A DNA stretch of 64,000 nucleotides from a bacterium CG10_46_32 (GCA_001889965.1 MOEI01000012.1:1170-65169); one strand, 5' to 3'; positions 43,678-53,549 are shown, counted from the first letter of the stretch. Program-made: numbers and translations. The notes: generated from the letters alone by a model not told the origin.

Positions 43678-45471
43678 TTACATCTTTTCTGGAGCCTTGA
43701 TATTAAGAAGGCTCAGACCATTGCGCAATACGATCCGAACCGCGCTGATAAGCAGTAAGCGGCTGTGCTTGAGTTCTTCTGATTCTGCCTTTAAAACACT
43801 GTGTTCGTGATAAAAAGTATTAAAATTATGCGAAAGCTCAATCAAATAATTGCACACAGCACTTGGATTGTAATGCTCCGCTGCACCAGAAATCACGTCC
43901 ACATACTGAAGGAGCTTCAGCACCAGAGTTTTTTCTTCCGGCGTATTCAGTCGATCAAAATGGATGTTTCCTATTTCAAGAGGTGTCTCCTCAGAAAGAA
44001 TACTCGTAATACGTGCATGAGCATACTGCACATAGGGACCAGTTGAACCCTCAAATGCGATAGCCTCTTTTGGATTAAAATGGATTGACTGGGTCGGCGT
44101 TACTCGCAAAAGGAAAAATTTCAACGCGCCCGTGCCAATAGTTTCTGCTCGCTCTAAAATCTCGACATCCGTAAGCTCTGGAAATCTCTTTTTTACTTCT
44201 TCGGCTGCGAGGGATGTGACTTCAGCAATAATAGTGTCTGCATCAACCACTTTGCCTTCGCGGGATTTCATTTTGCCTTCCGGCAAAAACACCAATCCAT
44301 AGGAAAGGTGATGCAGCTGACTCGCCCACGCGTACCCAAGCTTTTTTAAAATCGCGAACAGTACCTTAAAGTGGTACTCCTGTTCGTGCCCGACAACATA
44401 CACCATACCATCAAAGCCAAACTCTTTTTGCCGAGCCACGGCCAAGCCAAAATCTTGAGTCACATACACGCTCGTTCCATCTGAACGCTGCACCAGCTTT
44501 TTATCCAAGCCAACGTCAGTAAGGTCCGCCCATAAAGCGCCGCCTTCTTCGTAAAATACACCCTTCTTAATTCCTTCATCAATAATTTTCTTGCCTAAAA
44601 GGTATGTATTGCTTTCAAAATAATCTTTATCAAATGTACTGCCAAGCTCTTGATAGGTTTCGTAAAACCCCGAATACACCCACTCATTCATTTGCTTCCA
44701 TAGCGCCATAACATCTTTGTCTGAGGATTCCCATTTTCTAAGCATCTCCTGCGCCTGCGCGCCAATTTCTGATTCCCCAAAAAACTCTTGCCTCCGTTTT
44801 GCGGCATCTTCTTTGGAAAGGCCAGGAACTTCAGGATTGTCTTTCAAAAATACCTGCCACTCACGCTCGAATTCCCGCTCAAACATCACGTAGAACTTTC
44901 CCACAAAGTGATCGCCCTTTTCTCCTGCTTCCTCAGGTGTGTGCCCGTGTCCCCATTTTTGGTAGGCAAGCATGGATTTAATAATGTGAATGCCTCGGTC
45001 ATTAATAATCTGAGTCTTGATCACCTGCGCGCCCTGGCTCGCGAGTAACTGTGCCAAAGACATTCCCAACACATTATTCCGTACATGCCCCAAATGCAAA
45101 GGCTTGTTGGTATTGGGAGATGAATATTCAAGCAATATTTTTTGCGTGTTTGTTGTTGATTCTCCATAGTGCCTATCTTGGTTGATGACATCAGAAAGCA
45201 CATCTTTTGCGAGCACACCGGCATCAACCGAAATATTTAAATGCCCCGCAACTGCGTGCGCGCGCATACTACCATCAGACGCAACCGCATCGGCGAGTTT
45301 TTGGGCGATTGCCTGGGGCGAGAGTTTTAGCTCCTGTGCATATTGATGACAAGAAACAGAAAAATCACCAAATTGCGGCTCAGGATTAGTGATGGAAATA
45401 TCGGTAGGCTGCCAATCAAACACAGCCTTGAATGTTTTTTGAATTTCTTTCCTAATGACATCGGTAATCAT
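43678..45471 (-). CDS. argS: arginine--tRNA ligase
   Basis: SSPNTNKPLHLGHVRN (HIGH-type), the class I fold and the DALR anticodon-binding C-terminus. The start is at MITDVIRK. Confidence 0.95.
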   Translation of the reverse strand: MITDVIRKEIQKTFKAVFDWQPTDISITNPEPQFGDFSVSCHQYAQELKLSPQAIAQKLADAVASDGSMRAHAVAGHLNISVDAGVLAKDVLSDVINQDRHYGESTTNTQKILLEYSSPNTNKPLHLGHVRNNVLGMSLAQLLASQGAQVIKTQIINDRGIHIIKSMLAYQKWGHGHTPEEAGEKGDHFVGKFYVMFEREFEREWQVFLKDNPEVPGLSKEDAAKRRQEFFGESEIGAQAQEMLRKWESSDKDVMALWKQMNEWVYSGFYETYQELGSTFDKDYFESNTYLLGKKIIDEGIKKGVFYEEGGALWADLTDVGLDKKLVQRSDGTSVYVTQDFGLAVARQKEFGFDGMVYVVGHEQEYHFKVLFAILKKLGYAWASQLHHLSYGLVFLPEGKMKSREGKVVDADTIIAEVTSLAAEEVKKRFPELTDVEILERAETIGTGALKFFLLRVTPTQSIHFNPKEAIAFEGSTGPYVQYAHARITSILSEETPLEIGNIHFDRLNTPEEKTLVLKLLQYVDVISGAAEHYNPSAVCNYLIELSHNFNTFYHEHSVLKAESEELKHSRLLLISAVRIVLRNGLSLLNIKAPEKM

Positions 45472-45549
45472 ACTAAAAAAGTACCACAAAATCGGAAAAA
45501 ATACGAGAGTATGGTATAATGCACGCTAATGATATATGCTAAAGTTCAC

Positions 45550-46839
45550 ATGCTAAATCAAATCCAAAATTCAAAAATTAAAAACCGCTTTACTAGTGTG
45601 GCAGGTGGCATATATTTTATAGGTGGACTTTGGATTTTGACAGGTGGGATGCTGCCGCTATCCGCGCGCGCGCAATCCAATGTTATTGTCTCGCAATGGA
45701 TATCCAGCGAAAAACTTGAAAACGGGTACACTGCAACAACCCAAGCACAGGATGTATCACTCACTGCGTCACTACATCGCGCTGCCTTTGTTGAGCTGGT
45801 TGCGCCGGACTACTATCCTGTAGTGCCGATGGATAAATCCCTCATTACTACGGTATACCACTATGCCCTGCTTCCGACAACCGAAAATAAATTATCCGGC
45901 ACTATTGCGATTGGCTTTACATACCCTCTGGACGAGGCACGATTCAAAGAAATCTTTATCTACAACGAAGAGCTTGGCAGGTGGACGCACTTGGCAGGCA
46001 GTATCGATGAGGCGCAACAAAAAATAACCGCGCGCACAAACTGGGCCAGCGGATTTATTGCCGTATTCGCGGACCATATAGAGAGAAGCGATCTCCTCAA
46101 AGAAAAGCTTAATGCCCCAAGCATCCTCGTTGTGGATGCCAAAACCGGAGAAATCCTCCTTGAACGAAATAGCGCAGTGGTGCGACCCATAGCAAGCCTC
46201 ACTAAACTTATGACTGCGGCCGAATTTTTGGAACACAGCCCCGGATGGAGCAAGCGCATTACTATGATTGGCACCGACGACACCATTCCCGCAAAAATCT
46301 ATGTAACGCCAGGCGATGTATTTACGACGCATGATTTATTTTATGCAACACTTTTGCCGAGCGCGAATAATGCGGCGCGCGCATTGGCCCGCGCAACCGG
46401 GCTTTCACGCGAATCATTTGTATCTGCTATGAATGAAAGGGCAAAAATCTTGGGCATGGATTCAACTGCCTACGTGGAACCAACGGGGCTTGCGGCGGAA
46501 AATGTTTCAACCGCACAAGATCTCTACAAACTCTCACGCTCTGTATTTGCAGATATGGAATTTCTCAAAGCAACCACCCCTAAAACATTCACCATAGAAA
46601 GCCTCAAGAACGGCAAGCAGCATGTGCTTACAAACACCAATAAAGCAATGAATGTACCCTATGTGGTCCTGGGATCAAAAACTGGCTACACAATAGAGGC
46701 TGGTCGGAACGTAATCATGAAAGCACGAAATAGCGCAGGGCGCGAAGTTATTGCAATTACGCTCGGAGGCACGTCTCCTGGCGCACAATGGGATGATATG
46801 CGAATACTCTTGGATGCGGCACTAGGAGAACAGCGCTGA
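45550..46839 (+). CDS. serine-type D-Ala-D-Ala carboxypeptidase (PBP5/S11-like) with long N-terminal region
   Basis: SxxK (ASLTKLMT), SxN (PSANN) and KTG (SKTGYT). The N-terminal anchor is paralogous to that of the next gene. Confidence 0.85.
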   Translation: MLNQIQNSKIKNRFTSVAGGIYFIGGLWILTGGMLPLSARAQSNVIVSQWISSEKLENGYTATTQAQDVSLTASLHRAAFVELVAPDYYPVVPMDKSLITTVYHYALLPTTENKLSGTIAIGFTYPLDEARFKEIFIYNEELGRWTHLAGSIDEAQQKITARTNWASGFIAVFADHIERSDLLKEKLNAPSILVVDAKTGEILLERNSAVVRPIASLTKLMTAAEFLEHSPGWSKRITMIGTDDTIPAKIYVTPGDVFTTHDLFYATLLPSANNAARALARATGLSRESFVSAMNERAKILGMDSTAYVEPTGLAAENVSTAQDLYKLSRSVFADMEFLKATTPKTFTIESLKNGKQHVLTNTNKAMNVPYVVLGSKTGYTIEAGRNVIMKARNSAGREVIAITLGGTSPGAQWDDMRILLDAALGEQR

Positions 46840-46862
46840 AAAATCCAAACGACAAAGCTTAA

Positions 46863-47972
46863 ATGACAAATCAAATCACAAATCACAAATCAAAAAACCG
46901 CTTTGATAGTGCGGCAGGTGGCATGTATTTGATATATGGACTTTGGATTTTGACATGTGTGATACTGCCAACGCCGGCTCGGGCAGGGCAACAAACATAC
47001 GCGTTCACCACAGACAATGGCACAACACTGTTGCTCCCCTACGACACCATCCAATCCATTATTCCTATTGATTTAGGCGGAGATGGCACCAGTGAACTAC
47101 TACTCGGCAGTCCGCCGGGGTTTGTAGGAATGGTATACCTCATCCGCCTTGACGGCTCCATCATCAACTCATGGAAAGCGTATGATGATGGATTTACAGG
47201 CGGAGTAAACGTGGCAGCTGGCGATTTAGACGGAGATGGAACTCCGGAAATTATTACAGCCCCGGCTGGAGGCGGAGGTCCGCATGTGCGTATTTTTGAT
47301 GGATATGGAAAGCCAAAAATTTCACTAGGATTTTTTGTGGGCGACCAATCGTACCGAGGTGATGTTGCAATAGCAGTCCAGCGCATGGATGCTACGGGGC
47401 CACTTGTTATCACGGCAATCACTACTACTAATTCCGCAAAAACGTTTAGCGCGTTTTCGGCACACGGTAAAGAAATAAAATCCTACGCCTTTGCAGATAC
47501 CCAAAACGAATCCAGCATAGAGCAGGTATCACTCACCATTCAAAAAAATCAGCAAAACAAAACACTGAACATTCCAAAAATAACGAAATCAATAGAACGC
47601 GACGGAAAGGCCATAATTATCGACACCTCGGATCAATCGCTCTCGTACTATGAAAACGGATACCGCCTTGCAACATTCAAAACCTCAACCGGCAAACCAG
47701 GCTACGCGACGCCTCTCGGAGAGTATCCTATCAATAACAAATCCAAACTTGCATACTCAAAAACCTATGGCTTGTACATGCCCTACTGGATGAGTTTTAT
47801 TGGCGGGCTCTATGGAATCCACGAGCTCCCCTACTGGCCAAACGGCTACCGTGAAGGCGAAGACCATTTAGGTATTGCAGTCTCGCATGGTTGCGTTCGC
47901 CTAGGGTTTGGATCGGCGCAGACGCTTTTTGAATGGGCGGAGGTTGGCACTCCTGTAATTATCCAGCAATGA
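46863..47972 (+). CDS. FG-GAP/VCBS-repeat + L,D-transpeptidase (YkuD) domain protein
   Basis: GDLDGDGTPEIITAPAGGGGPHVRIFDG, and the catalytic YGIHELP...SHGCVRL. Confidence 0.8.
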   Translation: MTNQITNHKSKNRFDSAAGGMYLIYGLWILTCVILPTPARAGQQTYAFTTDNGTTLLLPYDTIQSIIPIDLGGDGTSELLLGSPPGFVGMVYLIRLDGSIINSWKAYDDGFTGGVNVAAGDLDGDGTPEIITAPAGGGGPHVRIFDGYGKPKISLGFFVGDQSYRGDVAIAVQRMDATGPLVITAITTTNSAKTFSAFSAHGKEIKSYAFADTQNESSIEQVSLTIQKNQQNKTLNIPKITKSIERDGKAIIIDTSDQSLSYYENGYRLATFKTSTGKPGYATPLGEYPINNKSKLAYSKTYGLYMPYWMSFIGGLYGIHELPYWPNGYREGEDHLGIAVSHGCVRLGFGSAQTLFEWAEVGTPVIIQQ

Positions 47973-47988
47973 GTGATATAGTACTATC

Positions 47989-49068
47989 ATGCAAACAAAT
48001 ACAAAAATTACCAAACAAACTGGAAATGGATTGGATGTATTATTTAAAATTGCGGCAGAACAAAAAGCATCTGACTTGCACTTAGTGGCTGGACGACCGC
48101 CGATTATTCGCATTGACGGATCGCTTAAACCTATTGAAGGGTACACAGAATTTACACAAGAGCAACTACAAGAGCTCTTATTTGCCATTGTGAGCCCTGC
48201 GCAAAAAGAAACACTTATCACACAACGCGATTTGGACATGTCGTATGAAATTGATGGCCTCGCACGATTCCGCGTGAATATGCACTGGGAAAAAGGGAAC
48301 CTCGGGCTTGTGGCGCGCGTAGTCACGCACCATATTCCGACTATGGAAGAAATTGCCATGCCTAAAACAGCCTATAACTTAGCGCGGCTCAAAGATGGAC
48401 TCATACTGGTGACTGGGCCAACTGGATGCGGAAAATCAACCACCTTGGCAGCTATGATTAACCTCATTAATACCGAACGCAACGCGAATATCATAACACT
48501 CGAAGATCCAATTGAGTTTATCTTCGACCCTACTGACTCTATCATCGAGCAACGTGAACTGGGTAGCGATGTTCTCACCTTTGCTTCGGGACTTAAGCAC
48601 ACCCTGCGGCAGGATCCCGATGTAATCATGGTAGGCGAAATGCGTGACTTAGAAACTATTGCAGCCACCATGACCTTGGCTGAAACCGGGCACCTTGTGC
48701 TAGCGACCTTGCATACTATTAATGCCGCGCAGACTGTTGACCGTATTATTGACGTGTTCCCACCCTACCAGCAGGACCAAATTCGCGTACAGCTTTCCAT
48801 GTCCTTGCGCGGAGTTATTTCCCAGCGACTACTACTCAAGCAAGGCGGTGGGCGCATTGCTGCGCGAGAAATCCTCATTAATAATTCAGCGATTGCAAAC
48901 CTCATCCGAGAGAACAAAATTGCGCAAATCAAAACGGTAATCCAAACGTCCGCGGAACTTGGCATGATTACTATGGACCAAAATATCAAACAACTTTACG
49001 AAGAAGAAACAATATCCAAAGAGACCGCCATTAGCAACATGCTGGATCCGCACACCCTTTCGATCTGA
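47989..49068 (+). CDS. pilT: type IV pilus retraction ATPase PilT-like
   Basis: ASDLHLVAGRPPIIRIDG, Walker A GPTGCGKSTT, the Asp box, and GEMRDLETI...GHLVLATLHT. Confidence 0.9.
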   Translation: MQTNTKITKQTGNGLDVLFKIAAEQKASDLHLVAGRPPIIRIDGSLKPIEGYTEFTQEQLQELLFAIVSPAQKETLITQRDLDMSYEIDGLARFRVNMHWEKGNLGLVARVVTHHIPTMEEIAMPKTAYNLARLKDGLILVTGPTGCGKSTTLAAMINLINTERNANIITLEDPIEFIFDPTDSIIEQRELGSDVLTFASGLKHTLRQDPDVIMVGEMRDLETIAATMTLAETGHLVLATLHTINAAQTVDRIIDVFPPYQQDQIRVQLSMSLRGVISQRLLLKQGGGRIAAREILINNSAIANLIRENKIAQIKTVIQTSAELGMITMDQNIKQLYEEETISKETAISNMLDPHTLSI

Positions 49069-50021
49069 TGGAAATAAACGACCTACAATCAATTGCTTTA
49101 TTTTCTGATTTAGAAAATGAAGAGCTGGACATAGTGCGCACACTCATGTCGACCCAGCGCTATGCCATAGGCAAAACCATCTACGCTCCAAAAGAGCCGA
49201 GCGACAATTTGTATGTGGTGGCGCATGGCGGAGTTGTTGTTACTCATAAACTCGACGGAGACACTGTTACCTTGGCCCATTTGAGCCAAGGATATTTTTT
49301 TGGAGAAGCCGGACTCCTAAAAGAAAAACAAACACATCAATCAAAAGCTCAATCGGAAATTGATGACACTACACTGTTAGCTTTGAGCCGAAATAATTTT
49401 CTTAAACTTACTGAAAAACACCCAAAGCTCGCACTCGCATTGGTAACAAAAATAGCATCGGTACTGTCAGAACGCCTCACCGAAGACACAACCCGCATCG
49501 CTATTATTTCCGCCATCAGCGACCTTATTACAGACCCCAACCACCTTAATAATATCAAACTCTTGGCAAACGAAATCCTCACTATAACCTTGCGTGCTAT
49601 TCCCGCGGCTACCGGTTTTTTGGGTTTATATAAACGGCACGAACCAAGCCAACTCGAAATCGTCGCTTCAAGCAATATAAGCCCCAAACACCTACCCTAC
49701 ACGCTTCCCGTAGACAGCGACCCCTATGTGCATACACTACACACAGAAAACGACGAACTTGTAGTTCCTCGTATACAATACCAATCCCAAGAAAAAGTAT
49801 TTTACGCAAAACAAAACCTTTTAGGCAGATCTATACGTATTGAAGGGGAAAACATTGGCGTGCTCGTACTCGCGGACAAAACTCGCGGAGAGTTTTCAAA
49901 CCAGAATCGCCTGATGCTCGCCATTATCGCGAGCCAAATTTCATTTGCGCTTCAGGAAGCCCATGTTCGCCAAGAAAAAACCGCTCAAGAAGAGCTGAAA
50001 CGAAAATACGTGGGAATGTAG
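49068..50021 (+). CDS. cyclic-nucleotide-binding domain protein with GAF-like C-terminal domain
   Basis: cNMP-binding beta-roll (YVVAHGGVVV...GYFFGEAGLL) and a tentative GAF-like C-terminal half. Its start overlaps the pilT stop. Confidence 0.65.
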   Translation: MEINDLQSIALFSDLENEELDIVRTLMSTQRYAIGKTIYAPKEPSDNLYVVAHGGVVVTHKLDGDTVTLAHLSQGYFFGEAGLLKEKQTHQSKAQSEIDDTTLLALSRNNFLKLTEKHPKLALALVTKIASVLSERLTEDTTRIAIISAISDLITDPNHLNNIKLLANEILTITLRAIPAATGFLGLYKRHEPSQLEIVASSNISPKHLPYTLPVDSDPYVHTLHTENDELVVPRIQYQSQEKVFYAKQNLLGRSIRIEGENIGVLVLADKTRGEFSNQNRLMLAIIASQISFALQEAHVRQEKTAQEELKRKYVGM

Positions 50022-50066
50022 CTTGATTTTTTGATGAGCTATGCTACTCTATCCTACGCGCACTAT

Positions 50067-50143
50067 GCGCCCTTAGCTCAGCGGATTAGAGCGACTGGCT
50101 TCGGACCAGTAGGTCGGGGGTTCGAATCCCTCAGGGCGCACCA
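50067..50143 (+). tRNA. tRNA-Arg (anticodon UCG), CCA encoded
   Basis: Hand-folded: acceptor gcgccct/agggcgc, anticodon stem actgg/ccagt, loop c-t-TCG-g-a, T-loop ttcgaat. Confidence 0.9.
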
Positions 50144-50161
50144 TCCCTTTTTTCTTTCGTT

Positions 50162-50300
50162 GAAGATTTTCTCTTGGGCCGACACGTCGTACTCGGCGCG
50201 GAGGTTAAGAGAAAATCTTAAGAGGAGTAGGCGGATGGAGGGCGAAGCGGATTCCGTGTACTCACGGGATACGCACAGCCCGCAATGCCGACTACGACGC
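50162..50300 (+). ncRNA. tRNA-adjacent conserved element, copy A (fills the tRNA-Arg/tRNA-Lys spacer, ends at the tRNA-Lys 5' end)
   Basis: A 13-bp stem AAGATTTTCTCTT...AAGAGAAAATCTT, then AGGAGTAGGCGGATGGA, GGCGAAGCGG, the hairpin CCGTG-tact-CACGG, and CCGACTACGACG directly before tRNA-Lys. Confidence 0.4.
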
Positions 50301-50376
50301 GCGCCGTTAGCTCAGCTGGTAGAGCAGCTCCCTCTTAAGGAGACGGTCGGGGGTTCGATCCCCTCACGGCGCACCA
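50301..50376 (+). tRNA. tRNA-Lys (anticodon CUU), CCA encoded
   Basis: Hand-folded: acceptor gcgccgt/acggcgc, loop c-t-CTT-a-a, T-loop ttcgatc. Confidence 0.9.
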
Positions 50377-50378
50377 TT

Positions 50379-50411
50379 AAAAACATCCATCAGTTATTGA
50401 TGGATGTTTTT
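50379..50411. terminator. bidirectional terminator after tRNA-Lys / HU gene
   Basis: aaaaacatccatca-gttat-tgatggatgttttt. Confidence 0.75.
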
Positions 50412-50423
50412 AATGTTAAACTA

Positions 50424-50786
50424 TTACGCGGCGCGTGGTGTCGGCGGCAACGGCGAATGGTCGGGAACTACTGACTCACTGATATCAGGCGCTGCCTTGA
50501 GTGCGTCTTTAAGGGTCTTTCCCGCTTTGAACTTTGGGACAGTTACCGTTGGAATTTTAATACGTTCAGTTGGCTTTTGAGGGTTCACACCCATACGCGA
50601 CTCGCGTGTCCGCGCCACAAACGAACCAAAACCAGTAAGCACAGCTTCTTTACCAGCCTTCATGGAATCAATTACCACATGCACAAACGCATCCATTACA
50701 TCTTCTGCCTCTTTTCGCGAGACATTGGCACGGGACGCGATTTTTTCGAGTAGTTGATCTTTGTTGATTTTGTTTGGATTAGACAT
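50424..50786 (-). CDS. HU/IHF-family DNA-binding protein with proline-rich C-terminal tail
   Basis: From MSNPNKINKDQLLEKIA...: FGSFVARTRESRMGVNPQKPTERIKIPTVTVPKFKAGK. Confidence 0.85.
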   Translation of the reverse strand: MSNPNKINKDQLLEKIASRANVSRKEAEDVMDAFVHVVIDSMKAGKEAVLTGFGSFVARTRESRMGVNPQKPTERIKIPTVTVPKFKAGKTLKDALKAAPDISESVVPDHSPLPPTPRAA

Positions 50787-50838
50787 ACAGTATGCCTCCA
50801 TTGTATACCAACTTCAACGCTGTGGCAATATGCCCAAC

Positions 50839-51630
50839 CTACACTTCTACTTCGGCATACAAACGCTCAACTGAGGTGGTATTACCGGTTTTTGGGTCAA
50901 CAGTAACCATAACCGCATTCACTTGGGCAATGCCATGATCCTCAATCTCCGAAGAAACTGGAAGCTGGTTTAAAAACTGCTGAACGCGGCTTGCTCGGCC
51001 ATCGCCGATAACTGAATCGCGCATGCCGCACATTCCCACATCTGTCATAAATGCGGTTCCCTTTAATAACAGCCTCGCATCTGCGGTGGGCACGTGCGTG
51101 TGTGTTCCAAACACCGCGGAAACACGGCCATCCGCGTACCATCCAAAACCAGATTTCTCGCTCGTTGCTTCTCCATGAAAATCGACAATTTTAATTTTTA
51201 CTGAATCACCAATTTCATCCAAAATCCTATCAAACACATAAAACGGAGAATCAATCTGTTCGTGCATAAATAATTGGCCCATAAGATTGATGATGGCAAC
51301 TTTTATAGATCCAACTTCAATCACCCGAAACCCCTGGCCTGGCACATTGCCTACCCAGTTCGCGGGCCGGATGATAGGATACTTTTTGCCTGAAAATAGA
51401 ATCATGCCATTCTCCTTCCTGGCCCAATGATTGCCGCTCGTAAAAAAATCAACCCCAGCGCGCTGCACCTCTTCAAAGCCAGCCACCGTAAACCCGGAGC
51501 CATGCGCCATGTTCTCTCCATTTGCAATCACCAAATCCAAATCATTTTCTTTTTTCCAACCAGGCAAAATTGTTGCAATTGCCTTTCGTCCGGGCTTGCC
51601 GACAATATCGCCTAAAAACAGTATCTTCAT
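50839..51630 (-). CDS. YmdB-like metallophosphoesterase (TIGR00282 family)
   Basis: MKILFLGDIVGKPGR, ANGENMAHGSG and DFHGEATSEK. Confidence 0.85.
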   Translation of the reverse strand: MKILFLGDIVGKPGRKAIATILPGWKKENDLDLVIANGENMAHGSGFTVAGFEEVQRAGVDFFTSGNHWARKENGMILFSGKKYPIIRPANWVGNVPGQGFRVIEVGSIKVAIINLMGQLFMHEQIDSPFYVFDRILDEIGDSVKIKIVDFHGEATSEKSGFGWYADGRVSAVFGTHTHVPTADARLLLKGTAFMTDVGMCGMRDSVIGDGRASRVQQFLNQLPVSSEIEDHGIAQVNAVMVTVDPKTGNTTSVERLYAEVEV

Positions 51631-51683
51631 ATATAATTTTAACATATAAAAGCCTTTCGGAGTATACCAGATGCATAGCAATT

Positions 51684-53363
51684 ATGCTAGACTCGTATCA
51701 TATGAAATGGCTTCCTCCAATCGCACTCATTGCAATCTCCATTGCACTCTATGGCGCGACATTTTCAAGGACTATCTACCTCGAAGACAGCCCGGAATTT
51801 GTCGCGGCAAGCCACACACTATCAATACCTCACCCATCTGGATACCCAACCTACTTGATAACCACAAAACTCATTTCGCTGATTCCATTTTTACCTACTG
51901 AAGTTTCCCGAATCAACTTTGTTTCCGCACTGTGGACTATTGCTGCGGTAGTGCTTTTATATTTCGTACTGTTGCGATTATTCTCAAATAGGCTCATAGC
52001 GTTCTCACTCGCGTTCCTGTTTGCAATGAGCCCTATGGTTTGGCAACAAGCAACCTACGCGGAAGTATACTCCTTAAATACGTTCTTTTTTGTATTGCTC
52101 ATAGGGGCTGCTGCGTACTACTACACGCACAAAACCGACAAGCGGCTCTCTCTATTTTTCTTTATCTATGGCTTGAGTCTGACAAATCATTTTCTAGCGC
52201 TTGCGCTTGCCCCGCTCGTCGGAATATGGCTGCTGACAGAAAAGCCAATAATGAAAAACGCACGCTTCTATGGCAACGCTTTTCTATTCTTCCTCGCTGG
52301 CCTCGCGCCCTACCTCTATATCCCAATCCGAAACGCGGGGCGCCCTGCATTCTCCTGGTTTGGTGGAAGCGCGGAAAAAATCCTTACCTATAACATTGCT
52401 TATGGCTACCATGTATCCACAGCAACCATATCCTACTTCGCTGACGTATTTCACCAAATGCTCATAAGCTTTGGATGGTTTGGTGTGGTCGCGTTTCTCG
52501 CTGGCATCGGCGCACTCATCTACTGGAAACATCCCGGCCGCTGGCATATGCTTTCGTGCCTCGGGCTTCTGTCGATTGGATTAATAATTATGCTCACCAA
52601 CGGAAGGCCCTATAGTGAATTTGAAAGCCAATTTTACCAGACACTCTATGTGCCGTTCCTACTAGTGAGCCTCCTGCCAATTGGGTACCTCCTCCAAAAA
52701 ATGTCCAAAAGCCGCTATAAGCTTGTAATTTTCTACACATCGTTGCTTGCGATTCTGATCTGGCCTGCAACGGACATCGGAAATCGATTTTTAAATAATG
52801 ATCGGTCTGGGTATGTGCTCATGGAAAACTATACCAAAGGGTTGATGGAATCACTGCCCACTGATGCCACGCTTTTTGTGCACCACGACCATATTATAAA
52901 TGACACGCTGGTGTTCGGGCTCGCCTACCAGCGCTACGTTGCCGGAATCCGGCCGGATGTGAACCTCTACTCGCTGACGCCGGTATTCCCGCCACCGGAT
53001 GATTTCCAACTTGGTGAAGATCGGAAACAAAAATACACACTGCCGCTCAAGCAGTATCTCGACGAACAGTACGCGCCAGAAGCGGCGAGTGCCACATTTC
53101 CGCGGCCAGAGCACGGATTGCCCGCAACCGCGCCCCAAAACTACATTGCAGACAACCTCTATGTGCCGAGCGCAAACGACAACCTCTACCACCGATCATT
53201 GCTTGCCAAGTACTACTATGACCTTGCCATGCAATCTTACGCAAAAGGAAGCTTGAGCTCGGGCCAGCACTTCCTGATACAGGCAATTAATTATGATCCA
53301 GACCAATTCAGCGACTACTACTATCAAACTCTTTTTATGCGAAGCTACTACTTTGGGAATTGA
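51684..53363 (+). CDS. DUF2723/GT-C-type membrane glycosyltransferase-like protein with TPR-like tail
   Basis: An N-terminus typical of DUF2723 (YLEDSPEFVAASHTLSIPHPSGYPTY), more than 10 TM helices and a C-terminal soluble region. Confidence 0.7.
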   Translation: MLDSYHMKWLPPIALIAISIALYGATFSRTIYLEDSPEFVAASHTLSIPHPSGYPTYLITTKLISLIPFLPTEVSRINFVSALWTIAAVVLLYFVLLRLFSNRLIAFSLAFLFAMSPMVWQQATYAEVYSLNTFFFVLLIGAAAYYYTHKTDKRLSLFFFIYGLSLTNHFLALALAPLVGIWLLTEKPIMKNARFYGNAFLFFLAGLAPYLYIPIRNAGRPAFSWFGGSAEKILTYNIAYGYHVSTATISYFADVFHQMLISFGWFGVVAFLAGIGALIYWKHPGRWHMLSCLGLLSIGLIIMLTNGRPYSEFESQFYQTLYVPFLLVSLLPIGYLLQKMSKSRYKLVIFYTSLLAILIWPATDIGNRFLNNDRSGYVLMENYTKGLMESLPTDATLFVHHDHIINDTLVFGLAYQRYVAGIRPDVNLYSLTPVFPPPDDFQLGEDRKQKYTLPLKQYLDEQYAPEAASATFPRPEHGLPATAPQNYIADNLYVPSANDNLYHRSLLAKYYYDLAMQSYAKGSLSSGQHFLIQAINYDPDQFSDYYYQTLFMRSYYFGN

Positions 53364-53416
53364 CTAGATGGCAAGATGATACTAGAATAGTCCTGTATTG
53401 TATTACAGATTTTCTC

Positions 53417-53549
53417 TTCGCAACTCACTACTTGGGCCGAGGTACTCCGAGGTTAAGGAGTGAGTTGAAGAGGAGTAGGCGAGCGAAAGGCGAAGCGGCC
53501 TCCGAGTAATCTCGGATGACGCGTAGCCTGAAGCACGACTACGACGAGT
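53417..53549 (+). ncRNA. tRNA-adjacent conserved element, copy B (ends at the tRNA-Gly 5' end)
   Basis: AGATTTTCTCTTC..., GAGGAGTAGGCGAGCGAAAGGCGAAGCGG, the hairpin CCGAG-taat-CTCGG and ACGACTACGACG 2-3 nt before tRNA-Gly. Confidence 0.4.

Noticed and set aside
50185-50299. Long-range helix CGTCGTACTCGG / CCGACTACGACG within element A as a conserved structural feature
   Set aside because: The 5' partner is not present in copies B and C. The pairing is therefore not supported by the other copies and may be fortuitous.
50031-50474. 147-aa ORF running across tRNA-Arg, element A and tRNA-Lys (similarly 53516-53953 across tRNA-Gly and 23265-23540 antisense to tRNA-Ile)
   Set aside because: These ORFs are translations of tRNA genes and structured spacers, a typical artefact.
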